NCBI GenBank assembly: GCA_964547425.1
Contig: CAZJNH010000004.1
Location: 7,226-71,225 of the forward strand
Reading direction: 5' to 3'
Length of the DNA stretch: 64,000 bases
Source of the DNA: an uncultured Candidatus Saccharibacteria bacterium
Lineage (GTDB): Bacteria; Patescibacteriota; Saccharimonadia; UBA4664; CAZJNH01
Shown here: piece after piece, positions 18,633-29,099 of the stretch
Layout: every line of letters starts with the position of its first letter
Position numbering within the stretch: position 1 is the first letter of the stretch
The notes under the pieces: model-generated
Databases searched by the model: none
What the model saw: only the letters and a program-made list of their open reading frames with translations
Told to the model about the DNA's origin: nothing
Made by a program: the position numbers and the translations under genes

Positions 18633-19490
18633 CTAGTTATTGTTGTTGTTCACGAGGCCTCCTTTCTGTAGGGCGCTAATCATTCGCGTTAGCCCGATAC
18701 CTCCTCCGCAGCGCGGGAAGAATTTGAGCTGGAAGAATTCGTCCAGTTCTTTCTCGACCCGCTTTTGTCCGAACAGTCCGAAAAGCGTCTCGGCGTACTT
18801 ACCTTCGCTGATGCTGTAAAACTCTTTGTTCATTTCTTTGATGTCGGTGCTCCTTTCGGCGCTACCGATCGTTTCGTTGCCGTAAAGAATGACGTCGATT
18901 TTATAAGCATGGTCGTTCCCTTTTTTCTTCATGTTCCAAAAAGGCGAGGTCGAGCGGGGGAAGTCCCGGCAGAAGACTACCGGGCCAAAGTCGTTTTGCA
19001 TCCGGTTTTCGTGCTCATGCGTAAGCTCATCGGTCCGGTAAGACCGTTTCAGCTGATCGTAGGTTTTGTAGTAGTAGCCGGTTCGTTGGCCGAAGCCGAG
19101 GTGCTCCAACAGCGCGGTTTCGAACTCGACCAGGTCCTTGATGCCGCCTTTGAGCTCAAATTCGAACATCGGGAAGATTAATTTATGTCTTCCCGGTATA
19201 GGATTTTGTTCGTTCCGATAGCTGGTGCTAACGCAGAAGACACCGGGCAGGTCGGGCTTTGTTAATAGCTCGTACTCCAGCCACATTTGCCCCGTTTGTG
19301 GCAGCGGCCACTTTTCTCCGGCGTAGTCGTAGGTGGCAACCGTTCCCGGATCTTCGCAAGCCGCCAAGATACTGAGGCGGTCTTGAGTACTGACTTCGTA
19401 GAAGCCTCGCGCTAGGCAAAAGTCGCGCAGTTGATTAACCACCTGGCTAAAGGCCAAGCTGTCTTCGACCCCTTTGTAATTAGTTAACAT
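18633..19490 (-). CDS. class II aminoacyl-tRNA-synthetase-like catalytic-core paralog (EpmA/AsnA-type amino-acid ligase)
   Basis: Motif 2 YRNEQNPIPGRHKLIFPMFEFE (compare FRNE…HNPEFTMLE) and motif 3 GGGIGLTRM. It lacks an anticodon-binding domain, and at 285 aa is too short for a full aaRS. Confidence 0.5.
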   Translation of the reverse strand: MLTNYKGVEDSLAFSQVVNQLRDFCLARGFYEVSTQDRLSILAACEDPGTVATYDYAGEKWPLPQTGQMWLEYELLTKPDLPGVFCVSTSYRNEQNPIPGRHKLIFPMFEFELKGGIKDLVEFETALLEHLGFGQRTGYYYKTYDQLKRSYRTDELTHEHENRMQNDFGPVVFCRDFPRSTSPFWNMKKKGNDHAYKIDVILYGNETIGSAERSTDIKEMNKEFYSISEGKYAETLFGLFGQKRVEKELDEFFQLKFFPRCGGGIGLTRMISALQKGGLVNNNNN

Positions 19491-19637
19491 TTTTCCTCCT
19501 TTTAGTTAATTTGGTGCATAAAAAAACAGCCCCGATGGGCTGTTTTTGAAAAAAACGCTCCTCGCCTTCACAGCTTAGAGTGTCTTAGTTTATGCATTTC
19601 CGGATACGTTAGCATAACCGAAATGCTAATGCAACAG

Positions 19638-20138
19638 TTAACTGTGTTTGGCGGGAATAAAGTTTTCGCCGACTACAGCTATCGGTACGGCGACAAGCCA
19701 GACTAAGCGGAGTGCGTAGATCCAATGGGCAATAATCGATTCATTTATGATTCGTGAGGACTGCTGAGAGTCGAGAAACGTCAGCACGCTGGAAATAAGT
19801 AGCGCGGCGGTTAGAACGGCGAGAATGAGCGTCACCGTAGTGCCGCCGTGGTTTTTACTTTTGTCGCGGTGGCCAAATTCGAGGATCAGAACCGGGATCA
19901 CAAACAGCGCCAGTTTAACCACGGTCAGGCTGAGATGACCGCCGAGATCGAAATGGAATTTATGCAGAAGTGTGAAAGCGCCGTCGGCGAAGGTCAAAAC
20001 CATGACTAGCCCAACGAAAGCCGAGAGTGCGAAGGTTTTGAGTTTACTTTGGCCCAAAATCAGTCCGTAAAGCAAAACCAAACTCAAAACTATCGCCATT
20101 ACCGTGTTAGTATTCAGCACCAAATTCGGTATACTCAT
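19638..20138 (-). CDS. membrane protein, function unknown
   Basis: 166 aa with 5-6 TM helices. Confidence 0.4.
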   Translation of the reverse strand: MSIPNLVLNTNTVMAIVLSLVLLYGLILGQSKLKTFALSAFVGLVMVLTFADGAFTLLHKFHFDLGGHLSLTVVKLALFVIPVLILEFGHRDKSKNHGGTTVTLILAVLTAALLISSVLTFLDSQQSSRIINESIIAHWIYALRLVWLVAVPIAVVGENFIPAKHS

Positions 20139-20230
20139 CCATTCTCATTATACCGCTTATCCTTAAACCCACCTTGTAATTTTCTAACCTGAAAAGGGTT
20201 ACACCCTTAACAGATTGGGGGAATACAAGG

Positions 20231-20854
20231 TTAGCGGCGCCAGAAGGGGCGGGACTGTTCGGCGTGGAGTTTTTTGAGTTGTTCGTAGAGGGCTTTTTCA
20301 TCTTTGGATAGCCGTGATGGGACCTTCACGCGGTAGATAACGGTGAGGTCGCCTTTGCGGCCGCCGCGGGTGGCCCGGCCCTTGCCGCGAAAGACTATGC
20401 CCTGGCCGTCTTGGGTGCCAGGCGGAACCGTTAATTCGATGCTTTCGCTGCCGATTTTGACCTTGAATTTGTCGCCTAAAACGGCTTGAGGGATGGAGAT
20501 TTCGACTTGGGCCTGGACGTTAGCCATAGCGGTTTCGAACATCTGCGAGAAGATGTCGCCAAAACCTCCGCCGCCGAAGCCGGAAAAATCGAAATCGTTT
20601 GGATCGAACCCGCCGAAACCGCCCTGGCTACCTGCTCCAACACCAGCATGACCGAACTGGTCGTACTGCTCGCGTTGCTTGGGGTTCGACAAGACAGAGT
20701 AGGCCTCGTTCACTTCCTTGAACTTCGTCTCATCCCCACCCTCTTTGTCCGGATGCAGTTTGTGCGCCTGCTTGCGGTAGGCGCGCTTAATTTCGTCGGC
20801 CGACGCGGATTTGGCTACTCCCAAAATGTCGTAATAGTCACGCGTTGTGGCCAC
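20231..20854 (-). CDS. dnaJ: DnaJ-family co-chaperone (J domain + G/F region, no zinc finger)
   Basis: J domain with the HPD motif (YYDILGV…HKLHPDK) followed by a GGFGG-rich region. 207 aa. Confidence 0.8.
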   Translation of the reverse strand: MATTRDYYDILGVAKSASADEIKRAYRKQAHKLHPDKEGGDETKFKEVNEAYSVLSNPKQREQYDQFGHAGVGAGSQGGFGGFDPNDFDFSGFGGGGFGDIFSQMFETAMANVQAQVEISIPQAVLGDKFKVKIGSESIELTVPPGTQDGQGIVFRGKGRATRGGRKGDLTVIYRVKVPSRLSKDEKALYEQLKKLHAEQSRPFWRR

Positions 20855-20867
20855 GCCGGCCTCCTAA

Positions 20868-22796
20868 TTATTTGGTCTCGGTGTTCTCTTCAGGCTTAGC
20901 TTCGTCGGCAGGTTTGTCTTCGGCTGGCTGCTCCGGAGCAGTTTCAGCGGTCTGTTCTCCATCCTCCGACTTCTGATCGGCGTCTTGCTCTGAGCCTGCC
21001 TGCGAGTACATCGCGGCGCCGACTTTTTGCATTTTTTCGCTCAAGTCGTTGCCGGCTTGTTCTAACTCTTCCTTGTTTTCACTTTCGAGTTTGAGTTTGG
21101 CGTTAGCGATCGCTTCTTCCAACGCTTTCTTGTCCTCGTCGGGCGCTTTATCGCCAGCATCCTTCAAGGTCTTTTCGGCAGTGTAGACCATATTGTCTAA
21201 ATGGTTTTTGGCTTCAATCGACTCCCGCTTCTGCTTGTCACTCTCCGCATTTGCTTCGGCGTCCGCCTGCGCCTTTTTGATGTCCTCTTCTTTGAGATTG
21301 CCGCTGCCCTGAATCGTAATGTGCTGCTCCTTGTTGGTCGCCTTGTCCTTGGCGTTGACGTTCAAAATTCCGTTGGCGTCGATGTTAAAGGTCACCTCGA
21401 CCTGCGGAATACCGCGCGGTGCGGGTGGAATGCCGTCTAGAATAAACCGGCCGAGTGATTTGTTGTCCTTGGCAAACTCGCGCTCGCCCTGCAAAACGTG
21501 GACTTCTACCGAAGTTTGGTTGTCGGCCGCGGTTGAGAAAACCTGGCTTTTGGAGGTCGGGATTGTGGTGTTGCGTTCAATCAGTTTCGTCATTACCCCA
21601 CCTAAGGTTTCAAGACCGAGCGATAGCGGAGTAACGTCGAGCAGCAAAATATCCTTAACTTCACCGGCCAGCACTCCGCCTTGGACCGCGGCGCCGATCG
21701 CCACGACTTCGTCAGGGTTTACGCCCTTTAACGGTTCCTTCCCAAAAATTTCTTTGACTTTGGCTTGGACCGCCGGCATACGAGTCATTCCTCCCACCAA
21801 GATGACTTCGTTGATGTCCGATGCCTGCAGACCGGCATCCTTCAATGCCGACTGGCAGGGCCCAACGGTTTTGGTGATCAAGTCCCCAACCAGCTGCTCC
21901 AGCTTGGCGCGAGTTAGCTTGTAGGTAAAGTGTTTGGGACCTGAAGCATCGGCGGTAATGAACGGCAGATTCACTTCAGTTTCGGCGGTAGTCGAAAGTT
22001 CGATCTTGGCTTTTTCGGCCGCTTCCTTGAGCCGCTGCATAGCAGCCTTATCGGCGGTCAAATCCACGCCCTGTTCTTTCTTAAACTCATCGACTAAATG
22101 GTTGATGATGACAATATCGAAGTCGTCACCACCCAAATGAGTGTCACCGTTGGTGCTTTTAACTTCGAAGACGCCTTCGCCTAGTTCTAGAATCGAGACG
22201 TCGAAGGTACCGCCGCCTAAGTCGTAGACCGCGATCTTTTCTTCTTTGTTCTTTTCCAAACCATAGGCTAGCGCGGCCGCTGTCGGCTCGTTGATGATCC
22301 GTTTAACCTCTAGCCCCGCGATTTTGCCAGCGTCCTTGGTAGCCTGGCGCTGTGAGTCGTTAAAGTAAGCCGGAACTGTAATAACCGCTTCAGTCACCGG
22401 CTGGCCGAGATAAGCCTCAGCGTCGGCCTTGAGTTTGCCTAGGATCATGGCCGAAACCTCTTCAGGATTAAACGACTTGTCACCCATTTTGACCGCCACT
22501 CCGCCGTTGGCTTTTTCGATCTTGTATGGCATTAACTTCACGTCGCGCTGGACTTCTTCGTCCTCGAATCGGCGTCCGATCAATCTTTTAATCGAAAACA
22601 CGGTGTTTTCGGCGTTAATGACCCCTTGGCGTTTCGCGGCCATACCAACCAACCGCTCGTCGTTTTTATTAACCGCCACGATCGACGGCGTTGTCCGCCC
22701 ACCCTCGCTATTAGCAATGATCGTCGGCTTGCCGCCTTCCATCACCGCCATCGCGGAGTTAGTTGTACCTAAATCGATTCCAATAATCTTTCCCAT
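20868..22796 (-). CDS. dnaK: molecular chaperone DnaK (Hsp70)
   Basis: The N-terminus [13 protein letters not shown] and full-length Hsp70 architecture. Confidence 0.97.
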   Translation of the reverse strand: MGKIIGIDLGTTNSAMAVMEGGKPTIIANSEGGRTTPSIVAVNKNDERLVGMAAKRQGVINAENTVFSIKRLIGRRFEDEEVQRDVKLMPYKIEKANGGVAVKMGDKSFNPEEVSAMILGKLKADAEAYLGQPVTEAVITVPAYFNDSQRQATKDAGKIAGLEVKRIINEPTAAALAYGLEKNKEEKIAVYDLGGGTFDVSILELGEGVFEVKSTNGDTHLGGDDFDIVIINHLVDEFKKEQGVDLTADKAAMQRLKEAAEKAKIELSTTAETEVNLPFITADASGPKHFTYKLTRAKLEQLVGDLITKTVGPCQSALKDAGLQASDINEVILVGGMTRMPAVQAKVKEIFGKEPLKGVNPDEVVAIGAAVQGGVLAGEVKDILLLDVTPLSLGLETLGGVMTKLIERNTTIPTSKSQVFSTAADNQTSVEVHVLQGEREFAKDNKSLGRFILDGIPPAPRGIPQVEVTFNIDANGILNVNAKDKATNKEQHITIQGSGNLKEEDIKKAQADAEANAESDKQKRESIEAKNHLDNMVYTAEKTLKDAGDKAPDEDKKALEEAIANAKLKLESENKEELEQAGNDLSEKMQKVGAAMYSQAGSEQDADQKSEDGEQTAETAPEQPAEDKPADEAKPEENTETK

Positions 22797-22797
22797 C

Positions 22798-22956
22798 TTA
22801 TTTCTCCTTCTTACTTCTTATCTGCGCTTCTAACTCAGCTACACGCTTTGTTAGATCGTTCGTATGTCTGATTAATTCGTTCCCGCCTTTGTCGAGGGAA
22901 TACACCTCGTAAGCAATCAAGATAATAGCTACCCAAGTTATCCAAATCCAAATCAT
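22798..22956 (-). CDS. small membrane/coiled-coil protein (52 aa) translationally coupled between grpE and dnaK
   Basis: Its ATG overlaps the grpE stop (ATGA). It has a TM helix and the segment [16 protein letters not shown]. Its stop lies 2 nt before the dnaK ATG, and the dnaK Shine-Dalgarno is inside it. Coding status is unproven. Confidence 0.35.
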   Translation of the reverse strand: MIWIWITWVAIILIAYEVYSLDKGGNELIRHTNDLTKRVAELEAQIRSKKEK

Positions 22957-23390
22957 TTCGATCTCCTAACTTTAACAATCGCGTGTCGAATTACTTTGTC
23001 ACCAATCATGTACCCAGGCTGTAGCTCCTCCTCAACGAATTCCTTATCTCCCTCACCCTCGACACTAATGGCCTCGTGGAAATGAGGATCGAAAAGTTGA
23101 TTAACCGTATGTATCCGTTTCACATTTAGGTTCTTTAAGATACTTCTGCCTTGATTATCAATGTGGCTAATTCCTTTCGCCCAAACATCATTTTCTTCAC
23201 CGTTTGGAACCTGAAGCAATGCACGGCCGATACTATCCATTAGCGGAAGCACCTGTAAGATAATTTCTTGTTTAGCGATGTCGGTGAACCCGGACCGGTC
23301 GGCTTCGGTGCGGCGGCGGAAGTTGTCGAACTCGGCCTGCAGCCGCTGTAAATGCTCGGTCAATTCCTTGACAGTTGGTTTTTTAGACAT
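22953..23390 (-). CDS. grpE: nucleotide exchange factor GrpE
   Basis: GrpE-like C-terminal β-domain, and its position in the hrcA-grpE-dnaK operon. Confidence 0.85.
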   Translation of the reverse strand: MSKKPTVKELTEHLQRLQAEFDNFRRRTEADRSGFTDIAKQEIILQVLPLMDSIGRALLQVPNGEENDVWAKGISHIDNQGRSILKNLNVKRIHTVNQLFDPHFHEAISVEGEGDKEFVEEELQPGYMIGDKVIRHAIVKVRRSK

Positions 23391-24084
23391 TGATGGCCTC
23401 CTCGAGTTGGCGAGCCGCGTAATCCACCAGCCCCACTACTTCAACGTAATTTTGCCTGGTTGGCCCGATGACGCCTATAAAACTTTGGCCGTATGGTGTT
23501 CGGACTCTGCCGATGATCGAGGTCGCGCCGGCGGCTTTGCCGATCGGGTTCTCGGATCCAATCAGGATACTTACCCGATTCGCGTCCGGAAAGATTTCTT
23601 GCAAATACTCCGGCAGATAGTCGAGCAGCTGGGCGATTTCAAATAGCTGAGTCTGGGTTTGAAACTCCGGATGAGAAAACAGCTGGGACAAGCCGAAGCG
23701 ATGAATGTGATCCAGCCAGGTGGCTATCCCCAAGTTATGGGTGGCCTGGGCCAGCGAGTTGGCGGTGTTTTTGATTGCTTGCTCGGCTTCACCCGAACCT
23801 CGGATTTGGCGCCCGATAACCGCGGCGCTTCTTTTTGAAGCCTCCGGTTGGATGGTATTAACGTACAGCCGGTAACCTTTGTCGGTCGGAATCCGGCCGG
23901 CCGAAGTATGGGGGTGCGTGATCAAACCTTGCCGCTCAAGTTCCGCCATTTCCGAGCGGATAGTGGCCGGGGAGTACCCAAGCAAGTTGGCAATCGCCAA
24001 CGAACCGACCGGTTCGGCGGTTTGGGCGTAGGTTTCGATGATGGTTTTAAGCAGTTGTATCTGTCGTTCGGTCATAATTGGCAC
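23383..24084 (-). CDS. hrcA: heat-inducible transcription repressor HrcA
   Basis: Winged-helix N-terminus [23 protein letters not shown], with CIRCE immediately upstream. The ATG at 24075 is the more likely start. Confidence 0.85.
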   Translation of the reverse strand: MPIMTERQIQLLKTIIETYAQTAEPVGSLAIANLLGYSPATIRSEMAELERQGLITHPHTSAGRIPTDKGYRLYVNTIQPEASKRSAAVIGRQIRGSGEAEQAIKNTANSLAQATHNLGIATWLDHIHRFGLSQLFSHPEFQTQTQLFEIAQLLDYLPEYLQEIFPDANRVSILIGSENPIGKAAGATSIIGRVRTPYGQSFIGVIGPTRQNYVEVVGLVDYAARQLEEAINV

Positions 24085-24103
24085 TCACATTTCACAAGTG
24101 CCA
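24079..24103. promoter_or_regulatory. CIRCE-like degenerate inverted repeat (TGGCACT-N11-AGTGCCA)
   Basis: A perfect 7-bp inverted repeat overlapping the hrcA start. Its half-sites resemble CIRCE (AGCACTC). Confidence 0.4.
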
Positions 24104-24113
24104 TTATAAAAAC

Positions 24114-24140
24114 TTAGCACTCTCCAGTCAAGAGTGCTAA
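24114..24140. promoter_or_regulatory. CIRCE operator (TTAGCACTC-N9-GAGTGCTAA)
   Basis: An exact match to the canonical CIRCE consensus, upstream of hrcA-grpE-dnaK-dnaJ. Confidence 0.9.
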
Positions 24141-24223
24141 TGGGCTATACCTTAAGCATTTACAAATCCATTAAAAACTGGTACAATAGCGCGCATTCGT
24201 GAGGCCTACTCAAAGGAGAAACC

Positions 24224-24898
24224 GTGGCCGGTTACGAAGCAACTATCCAGCAAGCCGATGAACTGCGGATGTACGGCAATCAGAAGTCTGACGCAAGAAG
24301 GGCAATGAAACTCTACGTCCGGGTAGCTCTAGACCCAGACGCCCCAAAGCACCGGCAGCGTTATTGCTGGCAGCAGGCTGGGGTCAGTGCTATTCTGGAT
24401 GACGACCACGGATCGGCCTATTTCTTCCTCCAAAGAGCGAAGGAAGGCGCGACCGACCTGGAACGGGCAAACCTGTTGCGCGACGAGGGCAAGCTGCTGA
24501 TGCAAATGGCCAGTCTCAATGAGGCCGAGCAGGCGTTATCGCAGTCGCTCAGTCTCCTGGAAGACTTGCCAGATCAGGTGGCGGCCAAGGCGATGACGAT
24601 CGACTTCCTTGGCCGGCTCCATTCGATGCAAGGCAATCACGAGCAGGCGTTAGCCGACTTTACGACCGCCTGCGGGTTATTGCTTGTCCAGGGCACGCCC
24701 GAGCTTCGGCTCTACAACCGGCTGAACCTGGCGAGCGAGGAATCCCGAACCGGCGATTGGTTCATGTCCCGGGTCGACGCGATCCAGGCGTACAAGCTGG
24801 CCAAGACGAGTGGCGGACGGCCGCACCGGTTGCGAGCACTCGCCCTGCTGATCGGCGGACACCGGCTCGAAAGTTTGGCCAGAAAACTCTGGCACTAG
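24224..24898 (+). CDS. hypothetical protein, TPR-like helical repeats
   Basis: 224 aa, locally GC-rich. An AAGGAG Shine-Dalgarno and a TGGTACAAT -10 lie upstream. Confidence 0.4.
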   Translation: MAGYEATIQQADELRMYGNQKSDARRAMKLYVRVALDPDAPKHRQRYCWQQAGVSAILDDDHGSAYFFLQRAKEGATDLERANLLRDEGKLLMQMASLNEAEQALSQSLSLLEDLPDQVAAKAMTIDFLGRLHSMQGNHEQALADFTTACGLLLVQGTPELRLYNRLNLASEESRTGDWFMSRVDAIQAYKLAKTSGGRPHRLRALALLIGGHRLESLARKLWH

Positions 24899-24935
24899 AC
24901 CCCAGCGACGACTTCAGTCCGCTGGGGTCGTTGCT

Positions 24936-25721
24936 TTAGAGCTTGATTATTAGCAATGTTCGTTCGTGACCAAATTTGGCGTAGTTTTGCTCGGCCAAGT
25001 CACCTGTCCACTTCGTAAATGCCCGGCCATCAACGAGGTTTTCGAAAAAGTCCGGATGCTCAACAACTCCGGCAAAGCCATCTGAGTAACAAATCACCCT
25101 ATCACCAGCTCCGAGCTCGGCTTCGCCGGACATAATGAAGTGCTCGGCGGCTTTTTCGCCGGTTAGCGCGCCGTACGACGCCGGTTCATCCGGGTTGTTA
25201 CGGTAGTGGCTCCTGACTAATTTACGCCGCTCCGGTTTGTTCCAGTCGCCGTGCTTCGAGTCTTCCGCATTCGTCCAGGGAGCAACACCGTCGGGGCTGA
25301 CAAATTTCTTTTGCCCAGATCTGTCAAAAACCGCAATAAAGCAATCGCCGATGCTTTGCCAAGTTAAAGTATCGTTTTCGATCTTTCCACCGGCTGCTAC
25401 AGTCGCCGCGAAATCATTGATCAGATAATCGACTTTGCGACCAACATTTAGCTCGGCTACCCTGTCGTTGCACGATTTGAGGGAAGCTGACTTGATAAAT
25501 TCTTCGGCACAAACATCGGCAGCCTCTCTTGCCGAGCTGGGGTTGGGGTAGCTTTGCAGCAATTCCTCCCAGCTATAGCCGGTGAAGTCCGTAAACTCTA
25601 GGGGGTCACGAGTGATGCCGTCGGCGACGCAAAACGTGGAGCCGTCGATCGCGTAGGCGTCTTCGGTGGCATGCAGTTTTGCGTATTTCGTGTCGTCAAA
25701 CTGAAAAACTTGATGCCTCAT
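24936..25721 (-). CDS. PP2C/SpoIIE-like protein phosphatase (putative)
   Basis: Motifs AIDGSTFCVADGI and GDRVICYSDGF resemble the PPM metal-binding motifs. Confidence 0.4.
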   Translation of the reverse strand: MRHQVFQFDDTKYAKLHATEDAYAIDGSTFCVADGITRDPLEFTDFTGYSWEELLQSYPNPSSAREAADVCAEEFIKSASLKSCNDRVAELNVGRKVDYLINDFAATVAAGGKIENDTLTWQSIGDCFIAVFDRSGQKKFVSPDGVAPWTNAEDSKHGDWNKPERRKLVRSHYRNNPDEPASYGALTGEKAAEHFIMSGEAELGAGDRVICYSDGFAGVVEHPDFFENLVDGRAFTKWTGDLAEQNYAKFGHERTLLIIKL

Positions 25722-25723
25722 TA

Positions 25724-27505
25724 TTAATCCTGTTTTACTAAAACCATGAAGGCTTCGGGTGGGATATCGACAGAGCCGATTTTTTTCATCCTGGCTTTGC
25801 CTTTTTTTTGCTTCTCAAGCAGCTTGTTTTTACGGGTGACATCGCCGCCGTAAAGTTTGGCGGTAACGTTTTTGCCGACAGCTTTGATGTCTTCGCGGGC
25901 TAAAACCTTTGACCCGACCGCGGCTTGCAGGCTGACCTCGAATTGCTGGCGGGGAATAACTTCCTTTAATTTCTCCAGGACCTTACGGCCTTGCTGGTAG
26001 GTTTCACTGCGATGGACGATCTGGCTAAGGCTGTCGATTCCTTTACCGCCAACCAAAATATCCAGTCTCTGCAAATCCTCAACCTTATACCCAGTCAGTT
26101 CATAACTGTAGGAGCCGTAACCGCTGGTGACGCTTTTTAGCCGATCGTAAAAATCGGTCAGCACTTTAGCTAGTGGAGCCTCAAACATCACAAGTGCTAG
26201 GTCTGGGTTTAGATAATCGACGCCTCCTTGATTGCCACGGACATCATTAATTAGCGTTAAGACTTTTCCTAGGTATTCAGTCGGAACCACGATTTCACCC
26301 ATCATCCAGGGTTCGCGGATCTCGGCGATCCGGCTGGGGTCGGGAAGTTCCGAGGCCGCGCGGACAACTTTTTCGCTGCCGTCGGTTAACTTAACTTCAT
26401 AATCGGTGGATGGACTGGTGACCACCAACTCCTGGCCGTACTCTCTCTCCAGCCGCTCTTTGACGATGTCGAGATGGAGGAGACCCAAAAAGCCCAGCCG
26501 GTAACCGTGTCCCAAGATTTGTGAGTTCTCCGGCTCCGTGGTCAACGAAGAATCGCTCAACTTCAGTTTCTCCAAGGCTTCTTTGAGGGACTGATACTGA
26601 TCAGCCGAGACGGGATAAAACCCGGCGAACACAAACGGCCGGACTTCACGATAGCCCGGCAGGGGAGAAGCGGCCGGCTCGGCAACGGAGGTTAATGTAT
26701 CCCCTACCCTCGCCTCTTCGGCGGCTTTGAGGTTAGTGACGATGTAGCCAATTTCCCCACTAACTAACTTTTCTCCCTTAGTCTGAACGGGTTTAAAAAT
26801 ACCTACCTCGTTAGCCAGAACCTGGCGGTCCGATGACATTTGGTTGAGTTCACTCCCCTGCCCCACCGCGCCGTCAACGATCCTGACAAACAAAGTCACG
26901 CCGCGATACTCGTCGTACTTGGAGTCGAAAATCAAAGCTCTCAGCGGCGCGGCGGGATCACCTGAAGGAGCCGGGACTTTTTCCAGTACACGAGACAGAA
27001 TCTCCCCTACCCCATCCCCCGACTTAGCCGAAATCCGGATCACTTCGTTTGGCTCGCACCCAATTAATTTAGCCAGCTCCTCCGACGCTTTGTCCGGGTC
27101 TGCCGCCGGCAAATCTATCTTATTGACGGCCGGGATCAATACCAGCCCCGCAGCCTGAGCCAGATGAATGTTAGCTAAGGTCTGGGCCTGCACGCCTTGG
27201 CTAGCATCAACCAGGACGATCGCTCCTTCGCAAGCCGCCAGCGACCGCGAGACTTCGTAGCTAAAATCAACGTGGCCTGGCGTGTCGATTAAGTTTAGGG
27301 TGTAGCCCTGCCAATCCATCGTCACCGGCTGGAGTTTGATGGTGATCCCCCGCTCCCTTTCCAGGTCCATACTGTCGAGCAGCTGCGCTTTCATATTACG
27401 GACCTCAACTGTGCCGGTCAGCTCTAGCAAACGATCGGCCAGCGTCGATTTGCCGTGGTCGATGTGCGCGATAATGCAGAAGTTGCGGATTTTGTCTTGG
27501 GTCAT
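25724..27505 (-). CDS. lepA: elongation factor 4 (LepA)
   Basis: N-terminus IRNFCIIAHIDHGKSTLADRLL and full-length LepA. Confidence 0.95.
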   Translation of the reverse strand: MTQDKIRNFCIIAHIDHGKSTLADRLLELTGTVEVRNMKAQLLDSMDLERERGITIKLQPVTMDWQGYTLNLIDTPGHVDFSYEVSRSLAACEGAIVLVDASQGVQAQTLANIHLAQAAGLVLIPAVNKIDLPAADPDKASEELAKLIGCEPNEVIRISAKSGDGVGEILSRVLEKVPAPSGDPAAPLRALIFDSKYDEYRGVTLFVRIVDGAVGQGSELNQMSSDRQVLANEVGIFKPVQTKGEKLVSGEIGYIVTNLKAAEEARVGDTLTSVAEPAASPLPGYREVRPFVFAGFYPVSADQYQSLKEALEKLKLSDSSLTTEPENSQILGHGYRLGFLGLLHLDIVKERLEREYGQELVVTSPSTDYEVKLTDGSEKVVRAASELPDPSRIAEIREPWMMGEIVVPTEYLGKVLTLINDVRGNQGGVDYLNPDLALVMFEAPLAKVLTDFYDRLKSVTSGYGSYSYELTGYKVEDLQRLDILVGGKGIDSLSQIVHRSETYQQGRKVLEKLKEVIPRQQFEVSLQAAVGSKVLAREDIKAVGKNVTAKLYGGDVTRKNKLLEKQKKGKARMKKIGSVDIPPEAFMVLVKQD

Positions 27506-29079
27506 CGCAGCTCAAGCGGCCGCGTTACCACCTGCATCAGCCGGTCGATCACTTTGCGGGCTTCGTGGAGGTCAAGTAGATACGACGGCACTAGGTACGC
27601 CGCCAAGCCAATTACGGCAATCACGGCGAACTTCGGCGCGATGGTCCGAAAGCCAATATCCCCGGCGTACAGCGGCAAAAACCGCGCCACCAAAATATAA
27701 ATTGCGCTAGCCATTATGGTGTTGGCAAGCAGCATCTTAAACACCGCTGACATGATAGTTGATAGGCCAATGTTGCCGAGGCGTTTTTTGAGGATCGCCG
27801 ATAGCACTACGGTCTCAAGCGCCGCCGCGATCGATTGAGCCATCGCCAGTCCGACCACCCCAAAGCGGTGCGCCAGAATTATGCTCAAGACAATGTTGAG
27901 CGAAATGGCAAAGATGCTTAGGATCATCGGCGTTTTGGTATCCTGCAAAGCGTAGTACATCCGGCAGACCAAAAAGAAAAAGCTTTGGAAAACGATGACG
28001 CCAGCGAACCAGCCCAAAGTTGACGCGGTGGTCGGGTCGCCGAATCCAAATAGCAGCCGCACGATGTAGCCGCGCAGAATAATCGCCATTGTGCCCGCCG
28101 GGATGACAAGGAAAAGGATCAGCCGGCTGTTATAGACAAAATCCTCGATTAACTTTTCCCGACCGGTTTCGTTGGCCCGGCTGGCCATACGGGGAAACGC
28201 GGCGGTAGCGATGGCGCTGCCAAAGATCGCCAGCGGCACGTTTTTGAGGTTGTTGGCGTAGTAGTAGGCGGTCAGTGAGCCTTTGGCCAAAGTCGAACCG
28301 ATGACGGTTTGGGCGGTGTAGTTTATCTGGTCGATCCCCTGGTCGATCGAACGCGGCACCATTAATTTGATAACCCGGCGGACATCGCGGCGGTGGAAAT
28401 GGAAGCTAGGCCGGTACTTGTAGCCCAGCCCGGTCAGCCCAATGAGCTGGATCGCCGCCTGCAAAGCCGCGCCCAGCACCACCCCCCAGCCAACGCCATA
28501 GATCGAGTGGCTGCGGCTGAAAAAAACGATTCCGACGATAATGCCGACGTTATAAAACACTCCCGCCAGCGCGTAAAACAGGAAACGGTTGTAGGCTTGC
28601 TGGATGCTGCCCCAAACACTGGAGACCGCGAACAAGGTAGGCGTTAGAAGCATAATCCGGGTCAGGTTAACTGTGATGTGGTGACGGACAGGATCAAACC
28701 CAGGCGCGATCAGGTGTGTTAGAGGGTCGGCCAGAACAAAAATAACCGCCGCGATTATGACGGTCGCTACCACCAGCAAATTCAGCATTGCCCCCGAGAA
28801 CTGCCAGACCTCTTCGTGCTCTTCTTTAGATAAGTGAGTCGACAGTACGGGAATAAACGCCACCGCGAAGGCGCCGGAAACGAGTAGGGTGAACAGCAGT
28901 TCCGGCAATCGGAAGGCCGCGGTATAGGCGTCGGTTAGGGCACCGATGCCGAAGTGGGCCGCCAGCAAGCGGTCGCGTAAGAGGCCAAGCAAGCGGCTGG
29001 CTAAATACGACCCTGATATTAAAAAGGCCGCCGATCCTAACGAGCTTCGGCGATTTAATCTCTCAAATAACTTTCTCAT
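27502..29079 (-). CDS. murJ: lipid II flippase MurJ
   Basis: 525 aa, about 14 TM helices, with the MurJ N-terminal signature LGLLRDRLLAAHFG. Confidence 0.85.
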   Translation of the reverse strand: MRKLFERLNRRSSLGSAAFLISGSYLASRLLGLLRDRLLAAHFGIGALTDAYTAAFRLPELLFTLLVSGAFAVAFIPVLSTHLSKEEHEEVWQFSGAMLNLLVVATVIIAAVIFVLADPLTHLIAPGFDPVRHHITVNLTRIMLLTPTLFAVSSVWGSIQQAYNRFLFYALAGVFYNVGIIVGIVFFSRSHSIYGVGWGVVLGAALQAAIQLIGLTGLGYKYRPSFHFHRRDVRRVIKLMVPRSIDQGIDQINYTAQTVIGSTLAKGSLTAYYYANNLKNVPLAIFGSAIATAAFPRMASRANETGREKLIEDFVYNSRLILFLVIPAGTMAIILRGYIVRLLFGFGDPTTASTLGWFAGVIVFQSFFFLVCRMYYALQDTKTPMILSIFAISLNIVLSIILAHRFGVVGLAMAQSIAAALETVVLSAILKKRLGNIGLSTIMSAVFKMLLANTIMASAIYILVARFLPLYAGDIGFRTIAPKFAVIAVIGLAAYLVPSYLLDLHEARKVIDRLMQVVTRPLELR

Positions 29080-29099
29080 TAACTAGATTATATGCCAGC

